A stretch of 63,740 nucleotides of DNA, filler included, from Hyphochytrium catenoides (lineage: Eukaryota > Protista > Hyphochytriomycota): NCBI GenBank assembly GCA_900088475.1. It is 5 parts of 5 records of this genome, joined end to end, with 100 filler letters (N's around TTAATTAATTAA, not from the genome) between each part and the next. Parts side by side here need not be neighbours in the genome. Positions count along the whole stretch, not along the records: positions 1 to 27,737 come from FLMG01001712.1; 4 more parts are not named here. One strand, 5' to 3'. The notes under the pieces were generated by a model. That model saw only the letters and a program-made list of their open reading frames with translations. It was not told the origin of the DNA and did no database searches. Below, one piece after another: positions 1 to 12,960 of this stretch. Numbering within the stretch: position 1 is the first letter of the stretch; every line of letters begins with the position of its first letter. Both the position numbers and the translations under genes were made by a program.

Positions 1-1024
1 AGCGACAATTCGTGGAAGGATGGGCCTAGGTACCGCTGGTAAGGTAGTTCTCAGTTGGGGCCAGCGACGATTTAGGGACAGATTGGGCCTGCAACCAATG
101 GTTCTACCATAGTCGTGGGGGAGAGGACAGGGAGAGCATTCATGAGGAGCTCCTCTCTCAGAACTCAGAACCGGGCGAGGGCCCTACTGCCCTGTCTAAG
201 TTAGAGCTCCCTTTCCCTAAGGCCGTCTTGGTCCTGTAAATTCCTGACCAAAGCCCAATCCCAGCGCTCGAATGGGAGGGATTCTCACAGGAAATAGAAG
301 AACAGTTCGCAGTAGTTCTATGGTAAAGTTAGGACGAGGGAGGGAAGAAGGAGGCATAAGAGGGCGGTAGAAGGCAGAAGGGAGACAGAGAAAGAATGGA
401 GCGAGAGAGATAGGTGCGATAGTAGGAAGAAACGAGAGACGGAAAGAAGAGAGACAGAGAGTTGAAAGGTGTGAAACAGGGAGGAACCGCCGCACGGAAA
501 ATGAAGAAGAAGACCCAGCTAAGGGACCTGGGGAGCCAGTGTCGTGGGTTCCAACGCGCCGTATTGAATGGCCCTACCACCGACCTCCGGTGCACGGGAT
601 CATGGTTGGTTGGTTGCCCTTCTTGAAGGCCAATAGATTGTTAGTTGTTTGAAGATTATTGGCTGCTCGGCTCCAACGTAATAGTTCTACTACTATCGCT
701 CGAATGTCCCTTCATTATTATGACAACAACAATGCCGTTCACATTGTAGATAGATTTTTGTCAGCAAGTCGCTGCTGTGCCTGCTGCCTGCTTTCTTCGC
801 CACCGACTCATTTTTTGTTTACTGCTGCCATTACCAGCTATCACCACTCCCACGCCACGGCGGTAAGCTGGCGACTAATAAAGCAAGCAGAAGAAATTGA
901 CAAGCTCGGCCCCTAAAGCATAGGGATATGTTTTTTAGAACGAAGGCTTGGTGTGAGCAGCAATAGCCAACAACAGGTTTGAGGTATAGTGAGTGATGAT
1001 AAGAAGAAGCATCGAGACTGGCAC

Positions 1025-1205
1025 GGACTGGCGAGGATAATAATGATGGGAAGCGTGAGAGTCTGCATTTTTAATTAAGGTCATATTAAAGCCGAGTAGA
1101 GTGATGAGAGTTCTGGATGAGACATCTTTCGTTGAGGCTGCCCTAAGATCACCCGAGAAAACAAAGTCAGAGACTCCTTTGCGGGGATCCTGAGGATGAT
1201 GATGT
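1025..1205. repeat. Diverged copy of a dispersed repeat family (other copies at ~60900-61050 and ~62303-62430)
   Basis: Colinear shared blocks GG(A/G)CTGG..AATG(AT)GG..CGT and GGG(A)TCCTG(A/G)GGATG(A/C)TG. Minus-strand translations share HPQDP...LRAA. Confidence 0.5.
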
Positions 1206-4144
1206 GTGGCGGAAGCCTCTCTCGTTGCACCCGTAAAATCGTTTTTCTCGTCGGCAGCCTCCAACTTGGGATGCCGCCAGCATATGGCTTATCAGCCGAA
1301 CTGAGACTGCTTCCTGCTTCTCATCATTGGTAAAAGAGCCCTCCTCTTCTTCCCTGATATATGCTTACGTATCATGCATCTGCTGACTACAACTTCCTCA
1401 AATCTTGAAGGTGTCTAACCGATCAGTTCGAACAAGATCATTCGCTCAGGGGTAGCAACGTCGTCCCATTTATCTGAGCCATGACATTGCAGAAAATAGG
1501 ATTGCTGCTGCTGACGTAAGCTTAAGTCAGAGCAGCAGCGTATTACCAGCTCCTACTCCAGATGGCCATGACGACCATCACCACGCGATATCTGCAGTCC
1601 AAACGAGCTAAAAACAGCTCAGTCTCTGTGGTGAGAGTCACTACTAGGACAAGCCTCAATGGCATCAGTCCTGAGGATGGTGTCAACTCTAAACGAAAGT
1701 CTCGGTGGCAATGATGCCAAGACAATAACCGTTGAAGCCAATCCAGCAGCAGGTATTACTACTAGGCTCGTCGGGGAATGATTTCTCTGCCCATGTGGAT
1801 GGCAACTCCTCAATCATCATAAAGGATTTAGAGCACGTCATAGTATTTGTGTCAATTTCTCCCTTTTATCTGGCCTTCCGTCTGCTTCTTCATGCTGAAG
1901 TGGTGACCTCTTTTGGTCTGAAAAAAGAATTAGTACCTTAGACAACTATGCATGCCACACTTATGGCGAGAACAGAGTGTGAGCAGGGCATCATCTCTAG
2001 TGTCACCTCAGCCACATAGAGCTTCTCAAGCCAACTAGCAGCGACACAGCGCCCGGGACAGAGAGGTAGTACCGATCAACCTTAATTCATCGCATAACGG
2101 CGGGTGTCGTGGCATTCGGAAGTCAATGAGTGGCTTCGCTTCCAGGAAGGAGGCTTCTCTTTCCTTCGCCCTGTATCTCCCTCTTGCATTCGACTTAGCC
2201 TATTCGCTTTCCGTTCATTCTCGCTCTCCTCTTCTTTGTTTTCTTCTTCATTTTCTCACGTAGATTGCCCTTGCTGATCGTTAGGAACTCTCTGCTTAAC
2301 CTACTATTCGATGATAAAAATTCTCTCTTCTGGACACAAGTGGTGGTAGTGACCAGCGATTATTATTGTGGATGTTTAGCTCTGATCTGCGATGCTTTGC
2401 TGAAGCTGATGCCTGGAACCCAAAGAGAGGGCGGACTTAGTGCGAACCCCGCTCACTCCCCGTCGCTGCTCCCTCTCTATCTACATATCAGCAGCCACCA
2501 CCACAACCCTTTCACTACTAACTGCTGCCATCCACGAATCTGTCCTGCTATTAAACTCTTGTCACTAACTGCTGCCATCCGTCGTGGCACCCTGCTTGCT
2601 GATCCTCCCCCGTTCGGACCTTGGGATTACGTACCTCTCACCGATCAGCATGTATCTGACCATTCCTTCCTTCTAAGAACTCACTCTTCTATTATTATTG
2701 TAGTAGGCCTCGACAGTAATACTGATGATGACTGATGGGTCCATAAACGGAAGAAGCAGCACACTCACCGAAGATATCTTTCCTCCTCCTTATCATCAGT
2801 GCCCCTAATAAAATACGAATAAATACAATGGCCTCGATCGGCTGAGAATGAGTGCATTATTTAGGGGCGGAAGCACAGTCTAGATAGTTGACAACAGTCG
2901 TGGTCGTCCCAGCAGCAGCAGAAGTTAGCTCTGCCTCCATTAGTGCGGCGGTTTATCCAAACGCCAATAACATTAGTCTTTTTTGGAAGAAGAATGCTGC
3001 CGCTGCTGGCCCCTCCTCCTCCACGTCACCATGCAGCGCCGGCCGTCACCAATAATATAGCTGTCACCCAATAATAAAAGTAGCGGAAGAAGAACCTCTG
3101 CGACCCTCGCCAGGTCGGATATCATCATCACCACGCATCCTGGCGACACAGCATCATCATCCTTCATTCTTCTTATCATCGACGACAACAAGAAGGAGGA
3201 GGAGGAGGAGACCCTTCGTCGATCCTTCTACAAAAAAAAACGGTCGATGAGGAAACTAGTCAGCAGGAGGTGAGGCAGAAGCTGAGGAGAAATAACAACA
3301 ACAAATGAAGAAGAAGAATGAAGGCCCCAATGATGAATGATGATGACGCATGTTCTTCCTCCTCTTCTTCTTCTTTTCTTGTACTATTTGACGGGGTTAT
3401 TAGCTTCTTCTGTTCTTTGTACTAACTATTATGCTCCTGGTCACTGAAGAATGCGGGCGCTGTCTATGAAGAGGCACAATTGGCAACCAATTCCCTAAAT
3501 CTTGTACTTGTCCTCGTAGCTTTTGAAAGAGTTCAAGTCCAAGTCTATCCTTGAATGTACTTGCACAAACCCTCGGAAACTCAGTATCTTAGATTCTTCA
3601 TGTTATTATGAAAGATACAGAGCCCCGAAAGGGCCGGAAGAGAGAAACGGTACAATACTAGTACTTACCAGGGTACGTACTTAGTACTTGTACAGGTAGA
3701 GAGGAAGCCCTTCCTATGTGACTGCCGCTTGAAGCTGAGGGACAAGGTAGAACTCGGAGGCAGTTTCCTCAAGCCTGCTTATTAGTAGAAAGCCAAAAGG
3801 ATCGCCAACTTGTAAGAACTTCTATGCAGCAGTAGCCCAAGATCTGTTTGTTGAGCTTCTTCTCATTCCCAGCAGCACTTCCCCAGCTTCGCTAGCCTCC
3901 AGCGCGCAGCAAGAGAGCCCTCAGCGAGTCGAGCCGCGCTTGCGTGGATCAAGGAAACATTCCAAACAAAGTTATCCAGTTGCTCTCCTTGGTGGTCAGA
4001 AAACAAAAAGAGAAGCTGGCTTTTGGTCCTTGATGACTGACTAGGGGAACTCGTCACAAGCTCCGAACATCTGCATCTGAGCTCCTTCGACGCAGCTACA
4101 TCCGATCCAGGCTCCTCTCTACCAGAGACAAGACAAGCCCTAAC

Positions 4145-5217
4145 ATGTTTCGGCAGGCTTTGCGCCGCCACCTAAGGCAAATACGGAGCCCTGGGTCCTC
4201 AGAGGCGTTTTTCTCTAGCCAGCAATGGTTACGTTGCCGCTGTTTCACCACTCAGGCATCTTTCCTTGGCAATTATCACGTCATAGTTGGAGATGATGAC
4301 GTCAAGATTGAGAAGAGCAGCAAGCCCTTCGAAAGAGACTTTGAGATAGAGGGAAGAGACAAAGGCGGAGGAAAGATCTTAATGTTCATGGTCAAAGGGC
4401 TCGGCGAGGATTGTGGGGCTGTCAACATTGATGTCAATGGCGTACGAGTGGGTCAGATCTTTCCCACGCCTGGTGCACACCCCGAGCTGTGGTCGGTGAG
4501 TGCCACCTTCCTCCTTCATCTCTCCTCGACAGCTCTCTTTGGTGGATATTGTGTGGTGAAAGGTCCTCTCCATTGCAGTGCTCATTTCTCCTCCTGCTGC
4601 TTGACTTTATCATGGTACTCCTCCACTTCTTTGGATCTTTGTCACTTATGTCTGTTGTGAGAGAGTTGCAGCAGGGTGATTGGGCCAAGCAACGCTGAGA
4701 CTCGTGTCCACTGTATCTCCCATACCTTTCTTTACACCTTTGTCGTCGGTTCTTCTCTGCTTACTCTCGCCTCGATTGACTGATTTCCTGGTGGCACATG
4801 ATGCCTCCCTGTCCCTCTCAGTTCCAGTTGTGAACTTCTCTGCAAGAGCGCTCGCTAGCCCGGCTTGCCTTCGCCTCTTCCACTTTCCCTTTTTCTTCTT
4901 TACGTCGTTTGTCATGCATATGCCAACGTCCTAGGGCTCCATCCTGCTTCTTGTTTGGGTGACATCCTGCTCTCTCTCTGGCTAATGCCACCGCACGCAA
5001 AGTCTCCAACTAACTCCTTTTTTGTGGCTGTCAGACTCAAATCGTACACTATGCTCATGACGAAGGAAAGCTGCGGCCGAACTGGGAGGACGACGGCCTT
5101 GTAAACACCATCAGAATTCCTGGAGAGGTAAAGGAGGGAGATGACCCTCATCGCGTGAACAGCTTCAGGCAATTCTACATCAGGAACCTGACCCTTTTTT
5201 ACCGACAAGCAGTCTAA
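4145..5217 (+). CDS. 177-aa uncharacterised protein: N-terminal mitochondrial-type presequence plus small beta-rich domain; 2 exons (4145-4495, 5035-5217)
   Basis: ATG 4145; donor GTGAGT 4496; branch CTAAC ~5010; acceptor CAG 5034. The join is in frame (..HPELWS|TQIVHY..) and ends TAA 5215-5217. The N-terminus MFRQALRRHLRQIRS is Arg-rich and acid-poor. Confidence 0.8.
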
Positions 5218-5491
5218 CTGGACTAGCAGGGACACACTAAGACGTCCACTCATTGAAATTCCGAGCTTCATGCTTGGTTAGGATAACTGGCCGTCGCCAT
5301 CGTTCGAAAGCCAAAGAACATGTGCTTTTTGACGGGTATGGCCGACCTCCACTCTATTATCTAGAGAAATTGTAACATTATCAGCCTACATTACTCGTTA
5401 CATTACATAATTGATAATACGGGCCCAAGGCTTGGAACGCAGCGGGAGCGAAGAACTTCTAGCTCAGTCTTGAGTTCTCTCGCCGGTAGAC

Positions 5492-8400
5492 TTACTCTTC
5501 TTCTTCAAAAGACATCCCCTTTAGGATGTTCGACAGCCTGTCAGAGAGAGACCCTTGCCTCTCTAGAACCTTTTTGCTGCTTACATACGTTTCCGTTGCT
5601 TAGTGGAGGGAGAGAACCAGGACCAAGGGCATACTTTAGAATGTAAAGCGTGACGGGGCAGTCTTGGTGTAGACCATTAACTTACCGTTCATCAGACTGG
5701 TTGGAGGCTGAGAATAGTTCAATGTTCGTTCCGCTAGGAAGCGGGCGAGATCTATCATCTTCCAATATGCACCATGAGCAGTAATCGCCGCTACATAGTC
5801 AACTGGCCCTGTGACACAATCCACAAAGGACGTAACTCTTGAGTGATGTAGAACGGGCAGACAAGCTAAGAGCCACCATAATACCTAGACGTGAGACTTC
5901 AAGCATCCAGTCTACACTGGCTTCCGGCGCTTGTTGGTTGTCCATCCGATCGAGCGTGAGAGGGAGGGGAAAGCGTGGTACTCGTTTGGCAGCTGAGAGG
6001 TTGGCTTCTCTAGTTACCAAAGCTGAAGTGGGGGAAGAGGGTGAGCCTGATGACACCGACGGTGAAGGCAGTGGCCCGCGTGACGACGATGTTGGAGTAG
6101 AGCCCTGATGAGAAATCTCCGGAAGGAGGTATGCGTCCATCCGATGCGCCACAGGATCTAGTGGGTGATATATGTTATAAAAGTGGATCCCCACGGCCCT
6201 GAAGCGCTCCTCGAGAGTACGCTGCACCTGATTAATGGCCCCCACAGCATTATTTAAAGGTACAAGTGATGAGATGGTAGCACAAGCGATAGAGGACCCA
6301 TAAGCCAGCGCTGACCTCTTGTTCCGTCACTCCTCTAGCTGCCAGCATCAGAGGGATTGGTGACCCAATAGTGAATAGAGCATCTGGCTTGAAAATCAGG
6401 CGCTCGGGCAGCTCTGTCAGAATGTCGTAGGAGATCATACTGGAGCGTGCAACACGAAAGTTTATGAGACTCGGCAGCACGAAGCGCAAAAAGAAAAATC
6501 ATTGACGGTTCAAAAAGGCACACATCTCCCGGAACGAAGCAGGCCAAGCTGCTGTGGAAGCGCTTTCCAGGCACCATAATGTACCTCCGTCCATAACTTT
6601 CAATTTACTTAGGCATCAGAGGTAAACTAATAACTAAGGGTGATAGAGAGGTAGCGGCTCCCACTAACCTTCCTAAAGAATGGCCCAAGATAGAGATGCG
6701 GCCCGAAAAGTTGGGATGTGACAATTTGAAGGCCCTGACTTTTGCATTTAGAGCTTTCACTGTCACGTCGCGGATCGCGTCAGCATATCCCTGTTGGGCG
6801 GCGCAGAATACGTTAAAAGATAGAAAGTAGCCTACTAGGCTTCTTGGGGCAAGAAACCTTATGAGAACAGGAAAACGAGACTGAATAAAGACACAAGAGT
6901 AATCACGCATTGTACTAATAGAGAGAGGAAAGGAAGTCGTGCTCAGAGAGGTAGTAGTAGCCCGCTTCAAAGCTCGCTCAGATTTGGCGATTCAGGAGTG
7001 AGAAGCCGACCGAAGACATCGCGGAAACCAACAAGAGCCACAGGAAGAAGGAAGAAGGCTGGATGCAAGAAGGCTAACGGAAGTAGGGTCAGACTAGTGT
7101 CCATCTTTCCCTTAGAAGATGTAGCCAGGACGTGGTGTAGCCCGAACGTGCTCATGATGATAGCCGCTTCTTAGGCTCTCGCACAGGAAGGGGGAGCGGC
7201 GCCCCTATCATAGTCACCTACCATACTATAACATACAGCGTCCATCACAGTTCCCCACAGGAAGGTTCGCAAGCCTGTAACGCTATCCATTTGAGTGAAG
7301 AAGGCGAAAAAGAAGTTACCAGCTGTGTAGGAGTAAAGTGCCATCCATGTCAAAAGAGAGAGAGAGAGAAAGGCAAAGAAAGAGAAGAGATGATAACATC
7401 TTACGAGCCAGCAGGAAGTGAATGAAGATATGAGATCATCCCAATAAGCTTTTATCTGTACCTGTCGATGGTGATGTTTTTCATCTTCCTATTAATGTCA
7501 CCTAACCGCCGGAACTCGTCGTGCCATTGAACGTACTCCACGTGGAGCCGTCCGTACTGCGTCATCCTCTGCTTGTCCGCCACAGCTTCTTCCCCTTCAT
7601 CAGCAAGGTAGACGTCCTAAATCGTAAACAAAACTAGTTAGCCTTCCGCCGCGAGCTAGACGGTTGAGCTCAGAGTAATGAAAGAGGAGGAGGCAGGAGC
7701 TCATACTCTGATCATTTTCTCTAGACCCTTCTGCCGTCGCCTCATTAACCCGTCCTCGTGTCTTCCCATGCCGTGCACATAAAGGACAAGATGTGCTACA
7801 CGCTCCATGAAGATTGTCTGCCGCCTGAAGTTGTTCCTATAACAAGGGCGAGCGATGGTAAGGTTTCAACTGGGCTGGACCGCCCATTAACAAGAAGCAA
7901 GGGGAAGATGACTACGTTTCGCGTGGATATCAGAACCAAGGAATGCTAGTTGACGTCGTCCCAATGTGGAACTCTATATGTGCCACGCACGACTAGTTGA
8001 GAACAGCTACGATGAGATGAACTCCTGTCGTCGCCTACCAGTTCGGAAAGCTATCCAACTCCTGCGCTACTTCTTCCACTTCTCGTTTGTAACCAGGAGG
8101 CGGTACCACAAACCGGCGCCATCTTCTTTGCCTCTTTACTCCAGCGCCAGATTTGAACGTGAAAGACGAGATGTCGCCCCAATCCGTGCCGTAAAGCCAA
8201 CCACCATCCCTCTCCTTACCTCCTTCGTCTCGTTCTTTGCAGCGAGACACGCGCCACCTAGGACAGGTCATGCGAGGGGACGTGTTTAGTTTATCGTCAG
8301 TTCTGCCTACTATCGTATCTTCAGCATGGACAGCGGATAGAAACTCTCCAAGAGATAAGCGGAGAAAGGTCTGAGGTCCATACCCTTCATCATCATCGGC

Positions 8401-11400
8401 CCATTGCCAGCCGTTCATTGCTGCGTACTCTAGAAGAGACGAAGGTTCCCATGCTCCGCTGCTCTTTTCAATAAAGGGATACTCCGCGATACCTGCCACC
8501 AATCAATTAGTATAGTGGGCACCTTAGGATTAAAGTATGTTCAGAGTTGATAACGGGTGCCGAATAATGCTCTCAAATAGAAGTGGCATGGAGAGAAAAG
8601 AACAGTCCTAAGCGAGTAGTTATTCCATTAGACGGCAGAGCTGCTGGAGAAGAATCAGAAATAGTTTAGGGTCAGACAGAGACAATAAACGCCGTGCAAA
8701 TGAGGCAAAGAACGTAGCTTCATATAGAATGCCTACCTCGCGGGTCAATCGAGAAAGCCGCCACGCCGTCTCTTTGTTTGGATGTAGGGACGAACTCCCA
8801 CGTGCTTGTCTTGAAGCGCTGGTTCTCGAAGATGATCACTGTCAAGAGACCCTCTGGACCTTGCTCCTCTTTGCCCTCCAGTGGGACGCGGAGACTTCCC
8901 ATTACTTCCTCATAAAGAAAAGGAGAATGGGGCCACAAAAGGGAAGAAGTTAGCACAAGAAATGGAGACGAATAAGGCAAAGAAGAGAAACAATGAAGGG
9001 CAACAAAAGGCAAATGAGAATGCTAATCGTCAGATAACTAATCTTCGTTGCCACAGCCCCTTGTGGAAGTATTGAAAAGAAAGGTTGCTCACTAGCAATA
9101 GTGGAATGTGGGACACCGTGCGAGCGGCGTGAATAGTGAGGGGGGAAATCTCTTATCAAAAACATCAGTATCAGAGAAGTGCTACTTGCACAGTCAGTGC
9201 CCTACATGGTACTGAAGGGTCCACCTTGGGGCTTGGCGGTGGGAAAGATGGTGTGTGGGCCTCATTGTCAACCTCGCCCAAGGACAGAGAGGCCGCACCG
9301 GCAGAGACGACAAGATCCGGTAATGAACCTGCTGCATTTAATGTTGGAAGGATTGCCGCCCTTTGTGAAGCAGTTCCTAATAAGCCTTCTTCTTCTGGCT
9401 CCTTCTCTGCCGATACTGCCTCGCTTAGCCTGCCAGCCTCGCTCTTCCTAAACGCAAAGCGCTCTAGCCAAGATAAGCGGGGCAACGCAGAAAGCGAACT
9501 CCTTCTTCCCAGCTCATAACTGTAATCCGTAATGCCTCTTAAAGGATAGAGAGAGAACCATTTGGTTAGTAAGTATGCACAAAGAAAAGGAAGACGCCCC
9601 AGCAGCACAAGCGGCCTCTTTGAGCTGCCTATCCGCCAGGGTGGAACGACCTGAATGAGAGACGGAAGAGCATATCCCCACTTTGCCCCTGCGGCCAGAG
9701 CGTGGCGCTTGCTCTCCACTCTACGAGCGAAGAATATGTAAAAGTAGATTTTCTTCCTCCTACTGCCAACTTCCCACGGTCATAGCGCAACCAGGCGCCT
9801 TTCCAGGGTTTTGTGCTAAGACATTCAGGGACAGCGAGTCAGAATAGCGTGAGCCAGCGCTAAGCATTACCCATGGCACGTACGCCAAGTCTCTTCATTA
9901 CTCTACGAAGCTGGACTAGAGGACTATGAACTTGCAATAGACTAGATGATTTAGCTTATGTCATTACCTTTCGACGAGAAAAAGGCATGCAGAGGCAGCC
10001 TTCTTATCCTGAACCTCGGCCGTCGAGCTCTGAATCAGAACGAGAAGCTTGGCTCGACGACGATAGGAGAGACGTAATGAGCTACTGCTCAGAAATCCCC
10101 GGCTTAAGTAGCCTGTTCAAAGGAAAAGAGCTTCTGTTAAGAGCACCAAGGTTTGGTTTGGAGGTCCTCTTAGGACAGGTTCCCTAAGCCTGACAACACG
10201 ACGAAATGAGCATTCAGGTCCGCAAGACGCAGCAGCCATCCGGACAAGCAGAGAAGTGGGAGCTAACACCTAGCGGAGTCGTGACAAACGATCCGTACCC
10301 CCATGCATGACGGACTTCAGATATAGAAACGGAGAATCATTAGTAGCCTCGACAACGAAGAGCGATGGATCCCCTAGGGCTTTGTCGTCCTGGTAGCTGG
10401 CATTATGGCTGCCATCTTCTTCCTGCGGGGAAACAAACCCCACTTTCTTCTTCCCTTTCGTTGCTAGCACCCTATCGCTGCAAGGATGCTAAACATGACG
10501 AGGAGAGAAGAGTGAGAGGATATGCCAAGGTCAGTAAGTAGGATGAGCAATGTCAGCCTGAATGGAGGTAGTGATAGAAAAGGACAGGTAGGAGTTGTCA
10601 AAACAAAGGCAAATGGCGTCCTCTAGTAGTAGTTGAAGCCTAAGCTTAGGCCAAGACAGATAGAGAATAGACGACCGTGTGACGTTTCGTGGAGGAGCTG
10701 CTGGGAAGAAGAAGCCGCACCTGAATAGTCACAACTTGGCCGTCCCGCAGTCTCTCATCTCTGAGCGATAAGATAGCTCCTAAGTCCTCCGAGAGACTCT
10801 TATGCCGTGGGAATTAGAGTGTGGGCGAAGCGAAAGAGTAACGTATAGTCAGTAGGACGTCGAACTTCCGCCTCCTCCACCGAGGGGCCCATTAGGAGTC
10901 GCACACTAGAGCAGGCATCTAGAGAGCTAAAAGAGTAGCACCCTCTTGGAGACTATTGGCAATGAACCGACCAATGACCAATGCGTAATATAAGACGAGG
11001 TTGAAGATTAAAAGGCTGTGGACAAGGGTGTCCTCCTGGTCACTTACGGAGGATAGGGAAGACGAAGAAGACGACGATAATACTTCTGCTTCCTGCGTCT
11101 TCTTGGACAGGGTAGCCGCTTCATTGCGCCGCATAGGAGGATGCGAAAAGAAGCATTAAGCGAGTATTGCTCAAGAAGACCGGATAGGGAAAACGAGTCC
11201 TTATGGGGCCCTGACGGGTTGAGTAGATAGGGAATGTCTGCTTGCGAAGGCAGATGATCTCTAAAGATGATGGATGAATAGAGCAGTTCCTGCCACATAC
11301 CTTTACGTAGTGCTCCATCGAGAGAGTCTTTGACTGCCTTTACGTCGAACAGCTTCAAAGATCCTCTGTGCTGTCTGCCCTGTGCTCCTTCTTCTTCTTG

Positions 11401-11775
11401 CTTCGCTTCTCTATTAGGCTCATTGCCCTCATGCTCCCGGATTTCGGGCTCTGCCAGTGGTTCCATTGCTAGTGACAAAGGTTAAGAAAGCGTTAGAGCT
11501 GAGGGAAGGAGACCGTATGATCTTGTTGAAGCTGTCGCTTGGGGTTTCTGCTCTCGGTACTTATTACCGTCATTGTTTTCACTTTCTACGTCCGAATCTT
11601 CTTTCTTCGCCTTGAGCTCAACGGTACTGCTGCTGACTCCAATTTGAAGAGGGATCATGGCATCAAAAGGCGCTGATAATATGGCGTCTGCCTTTCCATG
11701 TTGTCCATTCCTGCTCTCCGCCCTGGTCCTGCCTTTCGGGTTTATTCTGAGCGGCAGTGGATCTGGAAGTTGCAT
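5492..11775 (-). CDS. DDHD-domain intracellular phospholipase A1 with upstream DysF (peroxin/ferlin) domain; multi-exon, 5' end uncertain
   Basis: Exons give HLVLYVHGMG (~7.8 kb), ITIDSVTGLRTFL..D, lipase GHSLG|S (~6.68 kb), LFTIGSP, FYNIYHPLDPVAHRM and AITAHGAYW (DDHD). DysF motifs IFENQR (~8.83 kb) and GGWLYGTDW..RQRRWRR (~8.1-8.2 kb). Probable last exon ends ..MSFEEEE* at 5492. Confidence 0.8.
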
Positions 11776-12644
11776 ATCTCTATGGTAAGTTCCTCGTGCT
11801 GTCGCTACGGATCAGTGATTGGCGTCAGCGGAAAGCGCTGCTCTTACGCGGTAATGTTGGTAGGAAGTATGACCCTCAGTATCTAATCCTCTTACATAGA
11901 CAGTCACCACCGCGTTCTTTTGCAGCTTTAGGTGGCTGATGGTGTGTTCAGTGCCACTGCCTCTTGACTTGTTGAGTCATCAGGCGGATTTTTTCAAAGA
12001 GCAACAGGCGGCGCCGAGTGATTGGATGCACTATCAAATATTCTTGTTGAGCACCGCAAAGAAGGTATGGCAAGCAGCGAATGAACTAAACGGCAACAGG
12101 AAGGAGGTGGTGTGACAAGCCAACTAAGGTTAGCAGAAGAGAAGAACCACAGGGCTTTATTATAGAACTCTGTTCCATGAACGTAGGGATTCGGAGAGAA
12201 GAGCACATACTGCTGCCTACGGCTCCTAGGTTCTTTCCTTCCCTGATATTCTGTCTCTTGACCATTCCGCGGGCAAAATTATGGAACATTGACACACAGT
12301 GACCGCTTCCTATTCGCACCTTCTGCTGCCTCTTGGTCATCCTTATTTTTTCCTCCCATGTTCTGTCGGAGGCGCATCCCTGGACTCCTCCCGCTCCTCA
12401 GCCGTTTATTACCTCGAGGAGTACACAGCTGATCCGATTGTCAGGTTCCTCCTCTGCCTTCTTCCTCTTCATGGGTTGCCGTGCCTGCCACCCTCACACA
12501 GCGATGACATAGGACGGACATCATCATCTCTTCCTTTCCTTCCTCCGTCATCAATCATCACTCATCACGCCCTCGACTGCTACTCGTACTTGTAGGACCT
12601 TTATCTCATCGCCCTCCTCTCCTCCCGCCCCCCATCATCATGGC

Positions 12645-12684
12645 TCTCTCTCTCTTTCTCTCTTTCTTCCTCTTTCTCTCTCTG

Positions 12685-12715
<31 letters not shown>

Positions 12716-12786
12716 ATATATATATATAGCTCTCTCACTCTCTCTCAACTCTCTCTCCCTCTCTATCTCTATCTATCTATCTATCC

Positions 12787-12832
<46 letters not shown>

Positions 12833-12833
12833 T

Positions 12834-12868
<35 letters not shown>

Positions 12869-12885
12869 ATCTATCTATCCATCTA

Positions 12886-12922
<37 letters not shown>

Positions 12923-12960
12923 ATCTGTCTGTGTGTCTCTCTCTTTCTCTCTCTCTGTCT
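12645..12960. repeat. Compound microsatellite (CT)n/(TA)n/(CTAT)n/(CTGT)n
   Basis: Directly visible tandem units. Confidence 0.95.

Noticed and set aside
1503-1540. Imperfect palindrome centred on TAAGCTTA, and foldbacks at 3150-3380
   Set aside because: Pairing is driven largely by low-complexity (CTG/CAG, GAA/TTC, GAT/ATC) runs.
3615-3655. Hammerhead-like GAG-CCCCGAAAGGGC-CGGAA..GAAAC
   Set aside because: No CUGANGA core before stem II and no identifiable stems I/III.
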